Below, in pieces: positions 26,201-40,169 of a stretch of 64,000 nt of DNA. Source of the stretch: Azolla caroliniana (lineage: Eukaryota; Plantae; Polypodiophyta); NCBI GenBank assembly GCA_043228905.1, contig JBHGNT010000014.1:16554001-16618000 (forward strand), given 5' to 3'. A model generated the notes under the pieces. It made no database searches and was not told the origin of the DNA. It saw only the letters and a program-made list of their open reading frames with translations. Position numbers and translations under genes: made by a program. Position 1 is the stretch's first letter. The number at the start of each line of letters is the position of its first letter.

Positions 26201-28623
26201 GCCTTCTCGTATCCCCACTTCAACGGCGAAACCGACACCGCAACCCACATTCGCCTGTTCCTAAATGTCTGGAATGCAAATCACATGGCGTAGAGCCTTC
26301 CCGAGGAAGTTGCGCACAAGTCCAAAATGACAGAGTTCGGATTAACTCTGGATGGGAGAGCGGCGTTTTGGCATTTGCAGATGGATCTGCCAGCAATCAA
26401 GACCTTCGACCAACCGGGGTCGGCCTTTTTGTGTTTCTTTCATCAGAAGGTGTCGTAACGCGAAATCCTCGGGAAGTTTTATACAATTAAACAGTTGCCG
26501 GCCGACACTGTAGCGGATTTCAGTTTACGCTTCCAAAATCTCCGATGGAAATTAGAACGGGGCCTGACGGAGGATGAGGCTCGGGAGACATTCCTAGCAG
26601 CTCTACAAGGACTGATACGGACAACGCTCAACAATAGTAGTGTGAAAGGTGAAACGGACGACATGGTCATAGAATGAGTGCTACAACTCGAGCTGGACGA
26701 AGAAGAAGAAAGGTTTTCCATGTCCTTATTACGAAAAGCGTTACCTCAGGATGAAGAACAACACTTCCGCCAGGCAATCCAGTGCACGATTTGCTTGAAT
26801 TTTGGTTTGGGCATTCCGCAGTCGACTGGAACATGCGAATCCACTGCCCAATCTGTCACTCGAAGCACACACGGTCGAGCAGTGTGAGTACAATATGTTG
26901 AACAGAGCCATGCCCACAAAACGAAGCGTGGAAACACAACGCCCCCTCGCCGTAATGAGCAAAGGCGCCAAGAAGAACGACCCTAGTATATGGAGTGGAA
27001 CCCACGCGATGACCGACACTATCGGAATCGCCGGAATAACAACGATTCTGAGGAAGACGAGCTGGAGGATGAAGACTACCGTGGCAACCACAGAAATAAT
27101 AAAGGGAGCCGACGCTATGAGAATTACTGTCCGACGAACAAACGTGGTGGCTTCAATGGGCCTTGCGGGAAACATCGTCAGTATCGGGACCAACGGCGGT
27201 ACGACGAAAGTTCAGACGAGGACCGGCACCAGGAACCGCGCTGGGACCAACAACAACCATTGCATACGCTCCAAAGAACGAACCAGGACCGGGAGGAGCA
27301 AGTCACACCTGGGGATCGGCACACACCACCAATTGCTGAGAAAGGCGAATCTAGCGTCCATTGTTTTGTTTGCCAACAGCCCGGACATTATGCCAGGCAA
27401 TGCCCATTACGCAAGGGCAAGGGGCCCGCCGTCAATACGATTACGACGAAAGTGCAGCAAGTCATGACACGACATCAAATGAAAAATCTTGATTGGGCCA
27501 CGCAAGATGAGATACGTTAGACAACAAATGCGGCAAATACGGAACGCATGCAGAAGGAGTCCGCAAAAACGGTGGAGCTGTCGGAGGAAGATGTAATATC
27601 TCCGGATCCCATATGCCAAGCACTGGCAGGCTGTGAGATAACGCTAACCATGGAGAAGGTACTTCAACTAGTCCCACGGTTCCGCTAGGTCGTGGAGGAT
27701 CGTATAACGGGCAGACTTGGAGTAAGCATCTCCGCAAATTTTACGGACATCAGCGCCGGACCAACAATGGTGGATCACAGTCAAAGTAGTCATACCAAAG
27801 AAAAATGGCAAAATACGTGTATGCGTGGACTTCCGGAAATTGAACGTCGTAACCATTATCGACGCATTCCCTTTACCGTTCACCGACAACATACTGGACG
27901 TCGTTGTAGGGCATGACATGTACAACATTTTAGATGGCTTCAATGGGTACAATCTACTACATATGCACCTCGACGACCAAGAGAAGACGGCGTTTGTCAC
28001 GGACTGGGGAGTCTATGTTGCAGTCGTCATGATGTTCAGGCAAAAGACGGCGCCGGCTACATTTCAATGCACAATCACAAAGATTTTTGGGGAATATATT
28101 CCGGCCTTCATGCAAGTTTTTTTAGAAGATTTTGCGGTATATGGGACAACAACCGACCATTTTATGCATCTATAGCTTTGCCTGGAACGTTGCCGAACCG
28201 CGCGCTTAAGCTTGAATCCCGTCAAATGCGCCTTCCGCGTTACCAGCGGGGCTGTCCTCAGCCACATAGTCAGTAAGGAAGGTATAGCGGTCGATATGAA
28301 CAAAATCTCCGTGATTACTCACGTGAAAACACCGACAAACGCAAAAGCACTCAACCGGTTTCTGGGACAAATACGATGGCACAATCCGATGGTACGCTAT
28401 TTGGCGGACTTCGCCATGTCATTACATGCCGCCGTTCATCAGACTCCTTTCAAATGGACGACAACGGAAGAGAAGGCGTATGATGCGCTAAAGATAATGC
28501 TAACGTAGGCACCCGTCGTTGGGCGAAGGCTTTCCACGTGTTCGTAGATGCCTTAGACATAGCAATAGCTAGTGCACTAATGCAGGCCACAGAGCCGAAT
28601 TGGTACCGGCCAGTGTACTATGT

Positions 28624-29267
28624 TGTCGCGAAGATTCACATGTGCGTGTGCTACTCGAGCGACCATCGGGGTCTTGGACTAGGGAGGATGTTCACAGAAT
28701 TATCGAAGAGATGACGATCAATGTAAGATTAGATGAAATTTGTTCACTTGAGAAGAAGAAAAATTGTACACTTGAGAAGTAGAAAAATATAAAGAAGATA
28801 AAGACAAATATAATTATATTGATGATAATGGTGTTGGTGATATCACATATTGAGCCCCCCTTACACAAGCCCAACTAGAGGCTTTTATAGGTCTTTCGAT
28901 GCTTGTGACATGCACAAAACCATGGGCTAAAACCATGGTTTTGTGCACACGGTTTTGCTTATGTCATGCAGAAACCATGGGTTTAGAACCATGGTTTTGT
29001 GCACATGGTTTTCTATGGTTGTTTCGTCTATAATTTGTATATGAAAAGGAAATAAATAAAATCTACACTATATGATAGTTGTCCTAGTGGTAAGGCAAAC
29101 ATCTTGTATCTTAGAGGTGCAAGGTTCAAACCTTGCTTGCACCCCTCTATATGAACTCAAGTGCCACTAGGCCTTAGGCTTATTTGCTAAGTGTATGTGC
29201 AATGTTGCACATCCTTGGTTTATTCGTCTCACTCGGTTTCACACCGTAGCCAAAAATCGTCACGACA
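28624..29267 (-). mobile_element. Solo LTR of the Trp-lineage Gypsy
   Basis: tgtcgcg...cacgaca; flanks atgt/acgc (4-bp TSD with two C>T changes); host RNase H frame resumes on both sides. Confidence 0.85.
29073..29145 (+). other. tRNA-like A/B-box module in solo LTR
   Basis: TGTCCTAGTGGTAAGG, then GCAAGG-TTCAAA-CCTTGC hairpin; A-to-B spacing 32 nt. Confidence 0.7.
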
Positions 29268-29369
29268 ACGCTAGTCAGAAATTATCAACGGCTGAGGTGT
29301 AACTATTCCACAAAGGAACCTGAGGTGTTGGGTATGATCTACAACATTATTAAGTTTCGGCATTATCTG

Positions 29370-32300
29370 TGTCGAGGAATACGCGGAATAGTCTCCGGCA
29401 ACAACCGAGGAGTGAATCACCTTGTACAGTCGAACACAGAATAAATGAAGAATGGAGGTAAGTGCACAAACAGAAAAGAAAAAAAAGAGAATACACAGGA
29501 TATTAACATGGAAAACCCTGAGAGGGAAAAACCACGCGATTCCACAGACTCCAAACTATCACTATATCAAAATGATTACAACAGTGAGCTCATGGAGGCA
29601 ATGACCTCGTACTCACGATCTTCGCCACAAGCGGTGGTTACAACAGAGGCAACGAGCTCTCTATATCTCGAGCTCACTCTCACTCTCTCTCTCTATACAC
29701 GGTTGCTCTCTCACAATCGCGACAACGACAATGACAACCTTATTTCACTAAGTTTGCCCTAAGTCATATTTATACTAGAATGACTTTTCGGCTATTCACA
29801 AATGTAGCTCCGATGGACTCTCAAAAACATATTTACGAATATGTCCCTTCATCCGGTGAGCACTCCTCACCGGGTCTTCCGTTTCCGGGTACTCCTCATC
29901 CGGTTCTCACCGGGTCTTCTGTTGCCGAGTTTGCTCATCAACACTGTTCTTCTCACTTCCCATCCGAAGGGACCCGTTTCCTAACAAACTCCCCCTTCAC
30001 TCCGGCATGGGATGTCTTACTAGTCCGACTTGCTTCCGACATGCATCCAGCTTGTCAGGTGTCAGTACTTTGGTGAGCATATCTGACCTGTTCTCGACCG
30101 TGTGGATCTTTGTCAACGCGAACTCCTGGTCATCTACTCTTTCTCGGATCCAGTGATACCTACGTTGGATATGCTTCGTCCGGGAATGGTAGGCCGCATT
30201 CTTAGCAAGGTGGATGACACTTTGACTGTCGCAATAGAGCCGATATTTATCTTGCCGGATACCGAGCTCTCCGATGAAGTCCTTCATCCATAATATTTCC
30301 TTGCCGGCTTCCACAACCGCCATGTACTCCGCCTCCGTGGTTGACAACGCAACCGTCTTCTACAGCCTCGACTGCAACGAAACAGCTCCCCCTGCATATG
30401 TCATTACATACCGGGATGTAGATCGGCTGGTATCCACATCAGCCAACATGTCCGAATCGGTAAAACCGTCTAGTTGAGGTTTACCGGGGCCGAATCAGAG
30501 ACACATGTTCGAAGTGCCCTTTAAGTACCGGAGTATCCATTTGACTGCGTTCCAGTGCTCCTTTTCGGGATTGCTCATAAACCAGCTCACCACTCCGACT
30601 GCGTATCCTATATCCGGTCGGGTACACACCATTGCGTACATTAAGCTCCCGACGGCAGAGGCATATGGAACCTTCATCATATCCGCCTTCTCTGCTTTCG
30701 TCCAGATAACCTGCAGTTTGCCGGAAGTGTCGATCCGACCGGTTTCGCATCTGACATGTCGCACCTTTGTTACGTACTTCTCCTGTCACAGCCAAAATTG
30801 CTTCATTGACCGGTTCCAGATAATATGCATCCCCAACATCTCTCTTGCCGAACCCAAGTCTTTCATTGAGAAGGTCCGGTTGAGAGCCTTCTTCAGCATC
30901 CGTATTTTGGCTTGGTCCCGTCCGACAATCAACATGTTGTCCACGTACAGAAGGATTATCAAGAAGTCGCCTCCTTCGAACTTCTTCACAAACACACAAT
31001 GATCCGCCTGCGTCTTGTGGTACCCTTGATCGGTCATGAAGGAGTCGAACTTCCGGTACCATTGTCGGGGAGCCTGCTTCAATCTGTATAGGCTCTTCTT
31101 CAACTGGCAAACCAATAGCTCCTTCCCTTTCTCCATGAATCCTTCTGGTTGCTGCATGTAGATCTCCTCTTCGAGGTCACTGTGAAGGAATGTCGTCTTC
31201 ACGTCAAGTTGCTCTACCTCGAGGTCCATGCTTGCCGCTATACTTAGCACCGTCCGGATGGAGGTCATCTTTACTACCGGGGCAAATATCTCGTCGAAGT
31301 CCGCACCCTTCTTTTGCTGGAACCCCTTCACCACGATCTTGGCTTTGTATCTCGGGGGGTTGCCGACATCTCCCGGTTTCAACTTGTACACCCACTTGTT
31401 TCGGAGTGCCCGCTTTCCTTTCGGCAACTCCACCAATTCGTACGCATGGTTCTCATGCAGGGAATCCATCTCATCTTGCATGGTACTTAACCATTTTTGG
31501 TTGTGGGTGTCATCCTTCGCTTCTTCAAAGCTTTCTGGCTCCCCCTCATCGGTTAGCAGCACATGCTCTACATTTGGAAATCTCCGGGGGGGCCTTCTCT
31601 CTCTGAGAGGATATCTCCGTCTTTGGGCTTCGGTAACCGGCTCCTCCATTTGCTCTTCATCCGAATCCGATTCGGGGTCTTGGCCGGTTCCGGTTACAAC
31701 TTCCTCTACTTCTTCTTCTGCCGGTTCGGTATCCTCACCGTAACCGGCTGGTTCCTCGAGTGCTAACCGGTCTCTTGCCGATTAGGTCTGCTCATCGTAG
31801 AATCGATCCTTACTAGTCGACTCAGAGTTCATTATCTTTTTCTTCGACTCCCAGTCGACGAGCGTCTTGTCCTCCATGAAGATAATATCTCGACTCCGGA
31901 ATACCTTCTTGTTGACCAGGTCTCACACTCGGTAGCCGAACTCATCGTCGCCGTAACCGAGGAATATGCATGGCCGGGTCTTCGGATCTAGTTTTCCTCT
32001 CCGGTCCTTAGCTACATGCACATACGCAAGACACCCGAATACCTTCTGATGCCGGTAGGACACTTCCTTACCGGTCCAGACTCTCTGTGGTGTGTCTCCG
32101 TCCAAGGGTACTGATGGTGATCTGTTTATCACATATGTCGCCGTCGACAGTGCCTCAACCCAAAACTTCTTGGGTAGTTTTGCATGCGCCAGCATACTCC
32201 GGACCCTTTCCATTATGGTCCGGTTCATCCTCTCGGCCAGCCCGTTTAGTTCCGTCATCTTAGGCATAGTAAATTCGAGCCGGATTCCCTTCGAGCGACA

Positions 32301-34832
32301 ATACTCCTCGAACTGCCCCCGGTATTCACCTCCGTTATCTGCTTGAACCGCCTTCAACTTCCAGCCGGTTTCTTTTTCCACTCTCGGGTGGAGCTCTTTG
32401 AAGACGGATAACACCTGATCCTTCGTCTTCAACGGTGTGGCCCACAGCTTCCAGCTGTGATCATCTATGAACGTCACGAAGTACTGCGATTCGGCATGTG
32501 ACTTCGTGTCCACTTGACATACATCAGTATGCACCAACTCCAGTGGTGCATTACCTCTCATCGGTGGCCTCGATCGGAAGGAGGTCCGGTTTTGTTTACC
32601 GGCCAGAAAATCAGTGCACTTCTCCAAGTGCACGTTCTTCATTGGAATAAGGTTGTCGTCTGCAAGTTTCTTCATCCCCTTCTCGCTCATGTGACACAGC
32701 CTCCTGTGCCACAACTCACCGGTAGTGTCGGATGCTACGTTCACTTCTTCCGGGCATAACCGGGCATTCATCAGGTACAACATGTTTACCTTCCGGGCCC
32801 GAGCCACAATCAGGCTCCCTTTGCTGAACTTCATAACACCGTTCCGGATGCTACCCGTGTAGCCTTCATCATCTAGCCGACCGGCTGATATCAGGTTCAG
32901 ACGAACCTCCGGAACGTGTCGGACATCCTTTAGCAGCAACTTGCATCCGGTTGGTGTTGTCAACCACACGTCTCCTATGCCGACAATTCAGCATGTACCT
33001 TCATTCCCCATCCGGACACAGCCGTGATCACCGACTGTCTAGGATGAGAAGTATTTCCGGTCCAGGGTAAGGTGGAACGACGCTCCGGAGTCGACCACCC
33101 AGGTCATCTCGTCGCCGGCAAGGTTTAGCTCACTCTCCTCGGTGATGAGCATCAACTCTTCTTCACTTGCCGCGATTTCCGTCATTCCCTTCCGGTCCGG
33201 CCCCCTCTAGTCTTTACCGTTTCGGTCCGGTGTCTACTTCGAATTGGTACCATCGGTTTCCTTGTCTTTTCGGAAGTGCTGACAGTTCTTCTGGAAGTGT
33301 CCCGGCTTGCCGCAATAGAAGCAGGTAGGCCTCCCCCTTGACTTTGACCGTGTCCCCGACTTCTCCCGGTTCTGGGGACTACGGTTCCTTTGTCTTCCGC
33401 GTTCCAATTCGGTAAGGAGCGCTTTGGAGTCGGAGCTCGTATCCTTATCTTTCTGACACGCCTCCTCATCTAGCAAGCTCGACTTCACTTGTGCTAGGGA
33501 TAACCGTTTCCCTTCCGGCCCGACATTGCCCAAAGTGACAACCAACGTCTCCCAGCTATCCGGGAGGGAACCAAGCAAGAGTAGCGCTAGTACCTCATCA
33601 GCGAGAGGTACTTCCAATGATGTTGCCTGGTGTATCAGCCCCTGGAAGGCATTCATGTGCTCCGCCATGCTGGAGCCATCTTGGTACCGGAGGCTTACTA
33701 GCCTCCGGAATACCGAAACCTGGTTAACAACATTTTTGTTCTGAAACATAATGCTGATCTTCTCCCAGAGCTCATGAGCCTTGCTCTCTTCATTGAAGTT
33801 GTTTTATAGGCTCATGTCGATGAAGCACCATATGTATGCCATTGTCTTCATGTGCATCACCTTCCATATCGTGGCGTCGATTTTGTCCGGTCTCTTGTCC
33901 CCGAACTGAACCGGCAACCAAAGATCTTTAACCAAGAGCATGTCCCTCATCTTCGACTTCCACACAGAATAGTTGGAGCCGGTAAGCTTGAACATGTCTC
34001 CCAACGATTCGTCCATTTTCTGTGTCGCTATGTCATTTTTCTTTGATACCACTTTGTCGAGGAATACGCGGAATAGTCTCCGGCAACAACCGAAGAGTGA
34101 ATCACTTTGTACAGTTGAACACAGAAGAAATGAATAATGGAGGTAAGTGCACAAACAGAAAAGAAAAAAAAGAGAATACACACGATATTAACATGGAAAA
34201 CCCTGAGAAGGAAAAACCACGGGAGTCCACAGACTCCAAACTATCACTATATCACAATGATTACAACAGTGAGCTCATGGAGGCAACGACCTCGTGCTCA
34301 CGATCTTCGCCACATGCGGCGGTTACAACAGAGGCAACAACCTCTCTATATCTCAAGCTCACTCTCACTCTCTCTCTCTGTACACGGTTGCTCTCTCACA
34401 ATCGCGACAACGACAATGACAACCTTATTTCACAAAGTTTGCCCTAAGTCATATTTATACTAGAATGACTTTTTGGCTATTTACAAATATAGCCCTGATG
34501 GACTCTCAGAAACATATTTATGAATATGTCCCTTCATCCGGTGAGCACTCCTCACCGGGCATGCATCATCCGACGCTTGCTGGGAACTCATCGTCCGGTT
34601 CTCACCGGGTCTTCCGTTTCCGGGTACTCCTCATCCGGTTCTCACCGGGTCTTCCATTGCCGGGTACTCCTCATCCGGTTCTCACCGGGTCTTCCGTTGC
34701 CGGGTACTCCTCATCCGGTTCTCACCGGGTCTTCCGTTGCCGAGTACTCCACATCTGGTTTCAACCTCGGCCGAGTTTGCTCATCAACACTGTTCTTCTC
34801 ACTTCCCATCCGGAGGGACCTGTTTCCTAACA
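29370..34832 (-). mobile_element. Full-length Ty1/Copia element C (Tnt1/Tork-like), degenerate
   Basis: TSD atctg; LTRs 29370-29986 and 34055-34832; PBS-Met 34041-34051; PPT 29987-29997; gag-PR-INT-RT-RH remnants 29997-34017. Confidence 0.96.
34590..34760. repeat. ~40-bp tandem repeat in U3 of Copia C 5' LTR
   Basis: Unit ccggttctcaccgggtcttccgttgccgggtactcctcat, about 4 copies versus about 2 in the 3' LTR. Confidence 0.9.
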
Positions 34833-36062
34833 ATCTGCTAGGGCGGAAATTCACGTTTCACGTGGATCATTCGACATTGCTATATTTGGTAGGGAAACAA
34901 GCGTTGACGAGGAAATTGGCTAGATGGATGCTGTTGCTTCAAGAATTCGACTTTGAAATTCATCATCGACTGGGTACGCAACACATGGTGGCAGATTTCT
35001 TGAGCAGACTTGATAATGGAGAAACGACGCAAACGGATGACGACGACTTTCCGGATGTAGACATTCTGCGTGTAGCCACTCTAGCGGAACGAACGGAAAA
35101 GACTTTTCCAGATCGGTGGCTGATGGAAATGACCTACTTCCATACCACGGGGTTACCACCACCCCAATTATGGACGAACGAGAAAAAACGGTTGGTCGTA
35201 CGGAGTCAAAATTTCTGTTTAGTAGAGGACATCCTATACCACAAAGGCAATGACGACATCTGGAGGCATGGAATACGGCAGGATGAGAAGGCCATGGTTT
35301 TACGCGAAGCCCACTGTGGTACGACGGGAGGACATTACGCGAGCGATGTTACGGCCTGGAAAATCTGGCAAGTGGGACTTTGGTGGCCGACTACGCAAAA
35401 GGATGCTTATGAATATTGCAAACAGTGCGATTTATGTCAACGATTGGGCCAGCCCACGGAAGTCGTGAGAATGCCACACCAACCAGTGTTACCACTAAAT
35501 CCTTTCCAGAAGTGGGGGCAAGATTTTGTGGGACCCTTTACCCCGGCGACCACTCGAACAGGCAATAAGTATATCCCGGTGACCACGGATTACTGTACCA
35601 AGTGGGTAGAAGCGAAACCACTACGCGAGAATACCGCGGCAGTCATGGTGAAATTCCTTTATGAACACATCTGGTGTCGTTTCAGGTGCCCTATTGAGCG
35701 AATACGGTCATTAGTGAACTGACCCAATATTACGCTGTGGTTCACAAAAACAGTATGCCGTATTACCCACAGGCAAATGGCTTGGCAGAATCCACGAACA
35801 AAACCCTACAAACTATCCTCAAAAAGATAGTCAATGAGAACAGAACGGATTGGGATACCAAATTGCACAGCGCATTATGGGCATACTGTACCAGCTATAA
35901 GACCATCATACAATCAACGCCTTTCAGGCTAGCATTTGGGCTAGAGGCCGTGATGCTAGTCGAATTCCAGGTACCCAGTCTGCAGATTCAAGTATGAGCC
36001 TGGCTACCAGAGGGTAAATTTGAGCAAATACGGCTACAACAACTGTTGGAGCTAGGCGAAAC

Positions 36063-36865
36063 TGTTGAAAATTCGACGTTCCTTATGTCCGACACTCGGC
36101 CACAACCGAGATTCTTTTCATACACAGAAAAACAGGTAATGAAACGCGACACAAAGGGGAGAAATGGTACACAGGAGGTTTACGTGGAAAGCCCCAAAAT
36201 AGGGGAAAAACCACGGCAGCCCACAGGCTACAAACTGTCACTATGTAGAAATATACAACAGTGAGTTCACTGAGGCAACGACCTCGTGCTCACAGATCTT
36301 TGCCACAGGCGGCGGTTACAACAGAGGCAACGACCTCGTCTCTCTCTCTCTCTCTCTCTGTACAGTTGCGCGCTCTCTATTCTTCTTGCACCAACAAGGA
36401 AGAATTACAACAACAAAAACAACCACACACAAAAAAGGTTTGCCCTAAGTCATATTTATACTAATATGACTTTTCGGATATTACAAATGTAGCCTCGATG
36501 GGCAGCCTCCGGTTCATACCGGGCCTGCACCATCCGGCTCTCCGCAGTCGGGTACTCCCCATCCGGTTCATACCAGGCCTACACCATCCGGCTCTCCGCA
36601 GTCGGGTACTCCCCATCCGGTTCATACCGGGCCTACACCATCCGGCTCTCCGCAGTCGGGTACTCCCCATCCGGTTCATACCGGGCCTACACCATCCGGC
36701 TCTCAGCAGTCCGGTACTCCCTATCCGGTTCATACCGAGCCTACACCATCCGGCTCTCCGCAGTCGGGTACTCCCTATCCGGTTCATACTGATTCGGCCT
36801 CGGCCGAGTTGGTTCTTCGGCACTGTTCTTCTCCCTTCCCATCCGGAGGGACCTGTCTCCCAACA
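36063..36865 (-). mobile_element. Copia solo LTR related to element C
   Basis: TG...CA ends, perfect TSD gaaac, shared TATA region ccctaagtcatatttatac. Confidence 0.92.
36509..36790. repeat. 54-bp tandem repeat (about 5 copies) in solo LTR U3
   Basis: Unit ccggttcataccgggcctacaccatccggctctccgcagtcgggtactccccat. Confidence 0.95.
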
Positions 36866-37513
36866 GAAACACGGTTACGCAGTATGGCCATATTGGACCA
36901 GGAACAAGGGAGGCGCAAAGCATTCGTGGACCGACACCGGCATGCGCGGGAAAAAGGTTTTATAGTTGGGAAAGTGGTATTAGTTTTCCAAACACGCATG
37001 GGGCATATGCCAGGAAAATTAAGATTCCACTAGACAGGCCCGTACTGGACTGTGGGAGCGGAACAAGGTACATTTCAACTTGGCACGTTGGCCGGGGAAG
37101 TGTTACAACAAAAAGTGAATGGGTTTCACCTTAAACCTTATATGGGACCTACGCCACCTAACCCGTTCCCCGCCGCACAGGTCAAAGCCGGGAAATTCGC
37201 GGAGTAAGTATGGCCCGGCTCCATTTGTAGTATAGTGTAAAAAGAATATTGTATGTAACCGTTATGAAAAAAAGAAAAGAAAGAAAAGAGAGAAGATAGC
37301 AACGCTATTAAAAGGACTTAAGGCATGCACAGACTTCTAGGCCAAGAACATGCGGCACCACAATGGCTCATCGACCAATGAACCCTAGGCCACAAAAAGA
37401 AGCATCGCTCTCATCGCTCCCCTCCCTCACCCTCTTCTCCATCCTATCACAGAGCTCAAGTTCGCCATAGCCAGCAGTTCTCACCCATTAGCCACAAGCC
37501 TAACCATCCGACT

Positions 37514-40169
37514 ATGCCGTTACCTATTTTTGCCGCCCTGCATCGATGGCTCGTGGAGAAATGCTTGGATGGATACATCAGAGTCGTTGAGGCACCTCCC
37601 CACCCTGACGCACTGGACATCGCTAGGAAGCTCAATATTGACACGGTCACCAACACGTCCATCCGGAGAAAGCTGGACCTATCATCACTAGGAGAAAGGC
37701 ATTTCAAAATTCCTCCTGCGGAAACTTTGCAAAGATATTTCGGCCCATATTCAGCGTCTGCCAAGGCATATAGAACTAAGAATCCCCGACCCCTTTTTCT
37801 GCGAAATATCCAAGTTCCTCTTAGAGGTCGGATGCGTACATCTAAACGCATATGGGATGCCCAAGCAGAAGGCAGGTATCATCATTGATACCTTTGAAGG
37901 GTGCACGGTCGATTGGGGGGTCATTACGGGACCAACGTTACGTGAAGGCCTACACGTGTATCAAGGAGGCAAAAAGCTAAGTCCTATCATACAGCAGTAT
38001 CTAACGATACTATTCCCACCCCGAGGTCTGCTAGCAACACAACCTAGCAAACCCACGCCGCTGCGATGATCCGCAAAGCGAAGGTTAGTGGAGTTGGCCA
38101 CCACAGAGTGGGAGGATGAACCCCAATCCGCCCAACCCAACACGCAAACAACACAGGAAGAGCGGGCGGAACGCAGCGAGGAAGCTGCACAGGAGCCAGA
38201 AGCCGAGCCAAGTCAAGGAAGCCTGAGGCCGAAACGGCGGAGGCTGGACAGAAAAGATGGGCACGGGTTAGTTAATGACACACTCATGGCCACATAGACA
38301 ACGATTGTGGTCGACAGCTCCGTAGCTACGGAACCCAACACCACCTTCGAAATAATCTGGGAACCATGGTCGATCATTACGGCCTAGTCACAGCGTGGGA
38401 AAGGCGTATTTACGGCGGAAAGCGAGGTCCTGGCGTATCCGGACATTCCGGACACAACCCCTGAGTTCGGCGCACTATTACAATTCGGAACCACTTTTGA
38501 ACTCATGGAATTTTTGGCATCACAACAAATAAAAGTCTCACAACGAATGGCCGAGGAGCACGTGGAGCGCCCAATAATCGAGCGCGCGCTAACACAAACG
38601 GCAGAAAGCGATGATGAGGAGCAGTTAGTAGAGTCAACAGACAGCGGAACGCCGGTATACGCTGAATGGGGATGTAACTACCCCCATTAAACACGGCCCT
38701 TGTCGAAGTTCATAGGGAACTGGCGAAGGTCAGTATGGGCGCCAAGAATATGGCGATTAAAAATAAAAATGTTTGGAAGATTGTTAAACTGACCCAAGCT
38801 GAGCTACAAAAGGCCAACGCACGCATCGCGGAGTTGGAACAGCAGGCAACTCAACCAACAACCAACGCCGTCGAGACTCTGAGGAAGAAATTGAGGCCCA
38901 AACCGCCATTGCCTCGAAAGCAAAACGGGCCATGCAACTAGCGGAATCAGAGATTGACCATCTTCGCTCCGGACTTCGCTAGTCCTCAGATAGAGAAAAG
39001 GACATCCGGGCCAACGACCGAAAGGCAGTGAGGACCCTTGAAGAGAAACTCGTAACGGGGGCAACACAACACACTCGAACGAAAGAAGAAAATGCCCAAT
39101 TACGGGAGGAAGCGAAAAAATCGGAAGCGGCGATCGCGGGACTCCAAGCCTTATTGGAGAAGAAGAAAGTATGGTTCGACGAGCAGCTTGTAGGGGAACA
39201 GGAGAGAAGGCATCAACTCGAAATCCGCCTGAACAATGAAATGGGAAAGCTAGAAGAATTACATTCGAAGGAATCTCAGCTATGGGCAGGAATGAGGAGC
39301 ACTTATGAAGAAGCGGCGGTGGTTAGTAAACAAGAAATCGAAAACCTCAAGAAAACCGTAGAAGAAGCATGCAATCGTTGCCAAGCAATAACCGACAACG
39401 TGCACATACTTCTTCAAACAAATCAGGAGAGGTTTACGGTGCAATTAAAAGCGCGCTAGACAAAGGCTGGATGGCGTGGGCTACACAAGCGGTGGAATTG
39501 CATACATACCAGGCGGACTGGGAGAATCGAAGGAAAGACGACCGAGGGTTCTACAAACTCAATGAAGAAAGCATTGCGACAATACGCGAGGACCTAGTGC
39601 AGGACTATCACACGCTAACAGACCAACACTCCGAGGAACTCGCGCAGCTACTAGACGATTTTGGCGAAAGTCAAGAGGACCTATTTCACTAGATCGTGCA
39701 AGCCGGCAGCACGCGAACAAACAAGGAATCCATCGCGATACCAATCTCGGATACTATCGACCATGAGGAACCTCAGCCCATGTCACCAGAAATAACCGCT
39801 ACGGTGGACAGCACGGAACGACAAGCGGAGCCCCCCGTGATACCAGAAAGCGAAACCGTCGTCCAAGAGGAACCCCAACCCCATTCACCGGAGCATATGA
39901 CTACGACCGACACCACGGAGGAAGTTACGGACGAGACAGAACCTCGACCTACTGCAAGCCCACCGATGGCTGAACCAACCACAATAGCACAAGATGAGCC
40001 TGTAGAGCCCGGACCGCCCACACAAGAAGCCAGCAACACCAGGGGAAGTCCTACCCAACAAGTTACTGTAGTGGAACCACGCAACGATGCGCCCACAGAC
40101 ACTACGCCGTCCCCGAACCCGGACACCGAAACAGAACCAAACATCAGGGGCATTTTGGAGAAAGATTAA
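37514..40169 (+). pseudogene. Additional 3' ORF of the Athila-like element, function unknown, with coiled-coil and P/T/E-rich tail
   Basis: Chain of same-strand ORF pieces between integrase and PPT; E/K/L-rich helical segment 38735-39692. Confidence 0.65.

Larger units (their letters stand above)
15267..26262 (-). mobile_element. Gypsy-related element: 3' LTR 15267-15795 and a long GC-rich internal region without pol, interrupted by the element at 16308-24159
   Basis: LTR tgtcgcg...cacgaca plus PPT; continuous across TSD ccgt; 24400-24445 is homologous to 13280-13320. Confidence 0.7.

Noticed and set aside
36509-36790. Regular repeats resembling a CRISPR array
   Set aside because: Head-to-tail 54-bp units with no unique spacers, inside a Copia LTR, with no cas genes
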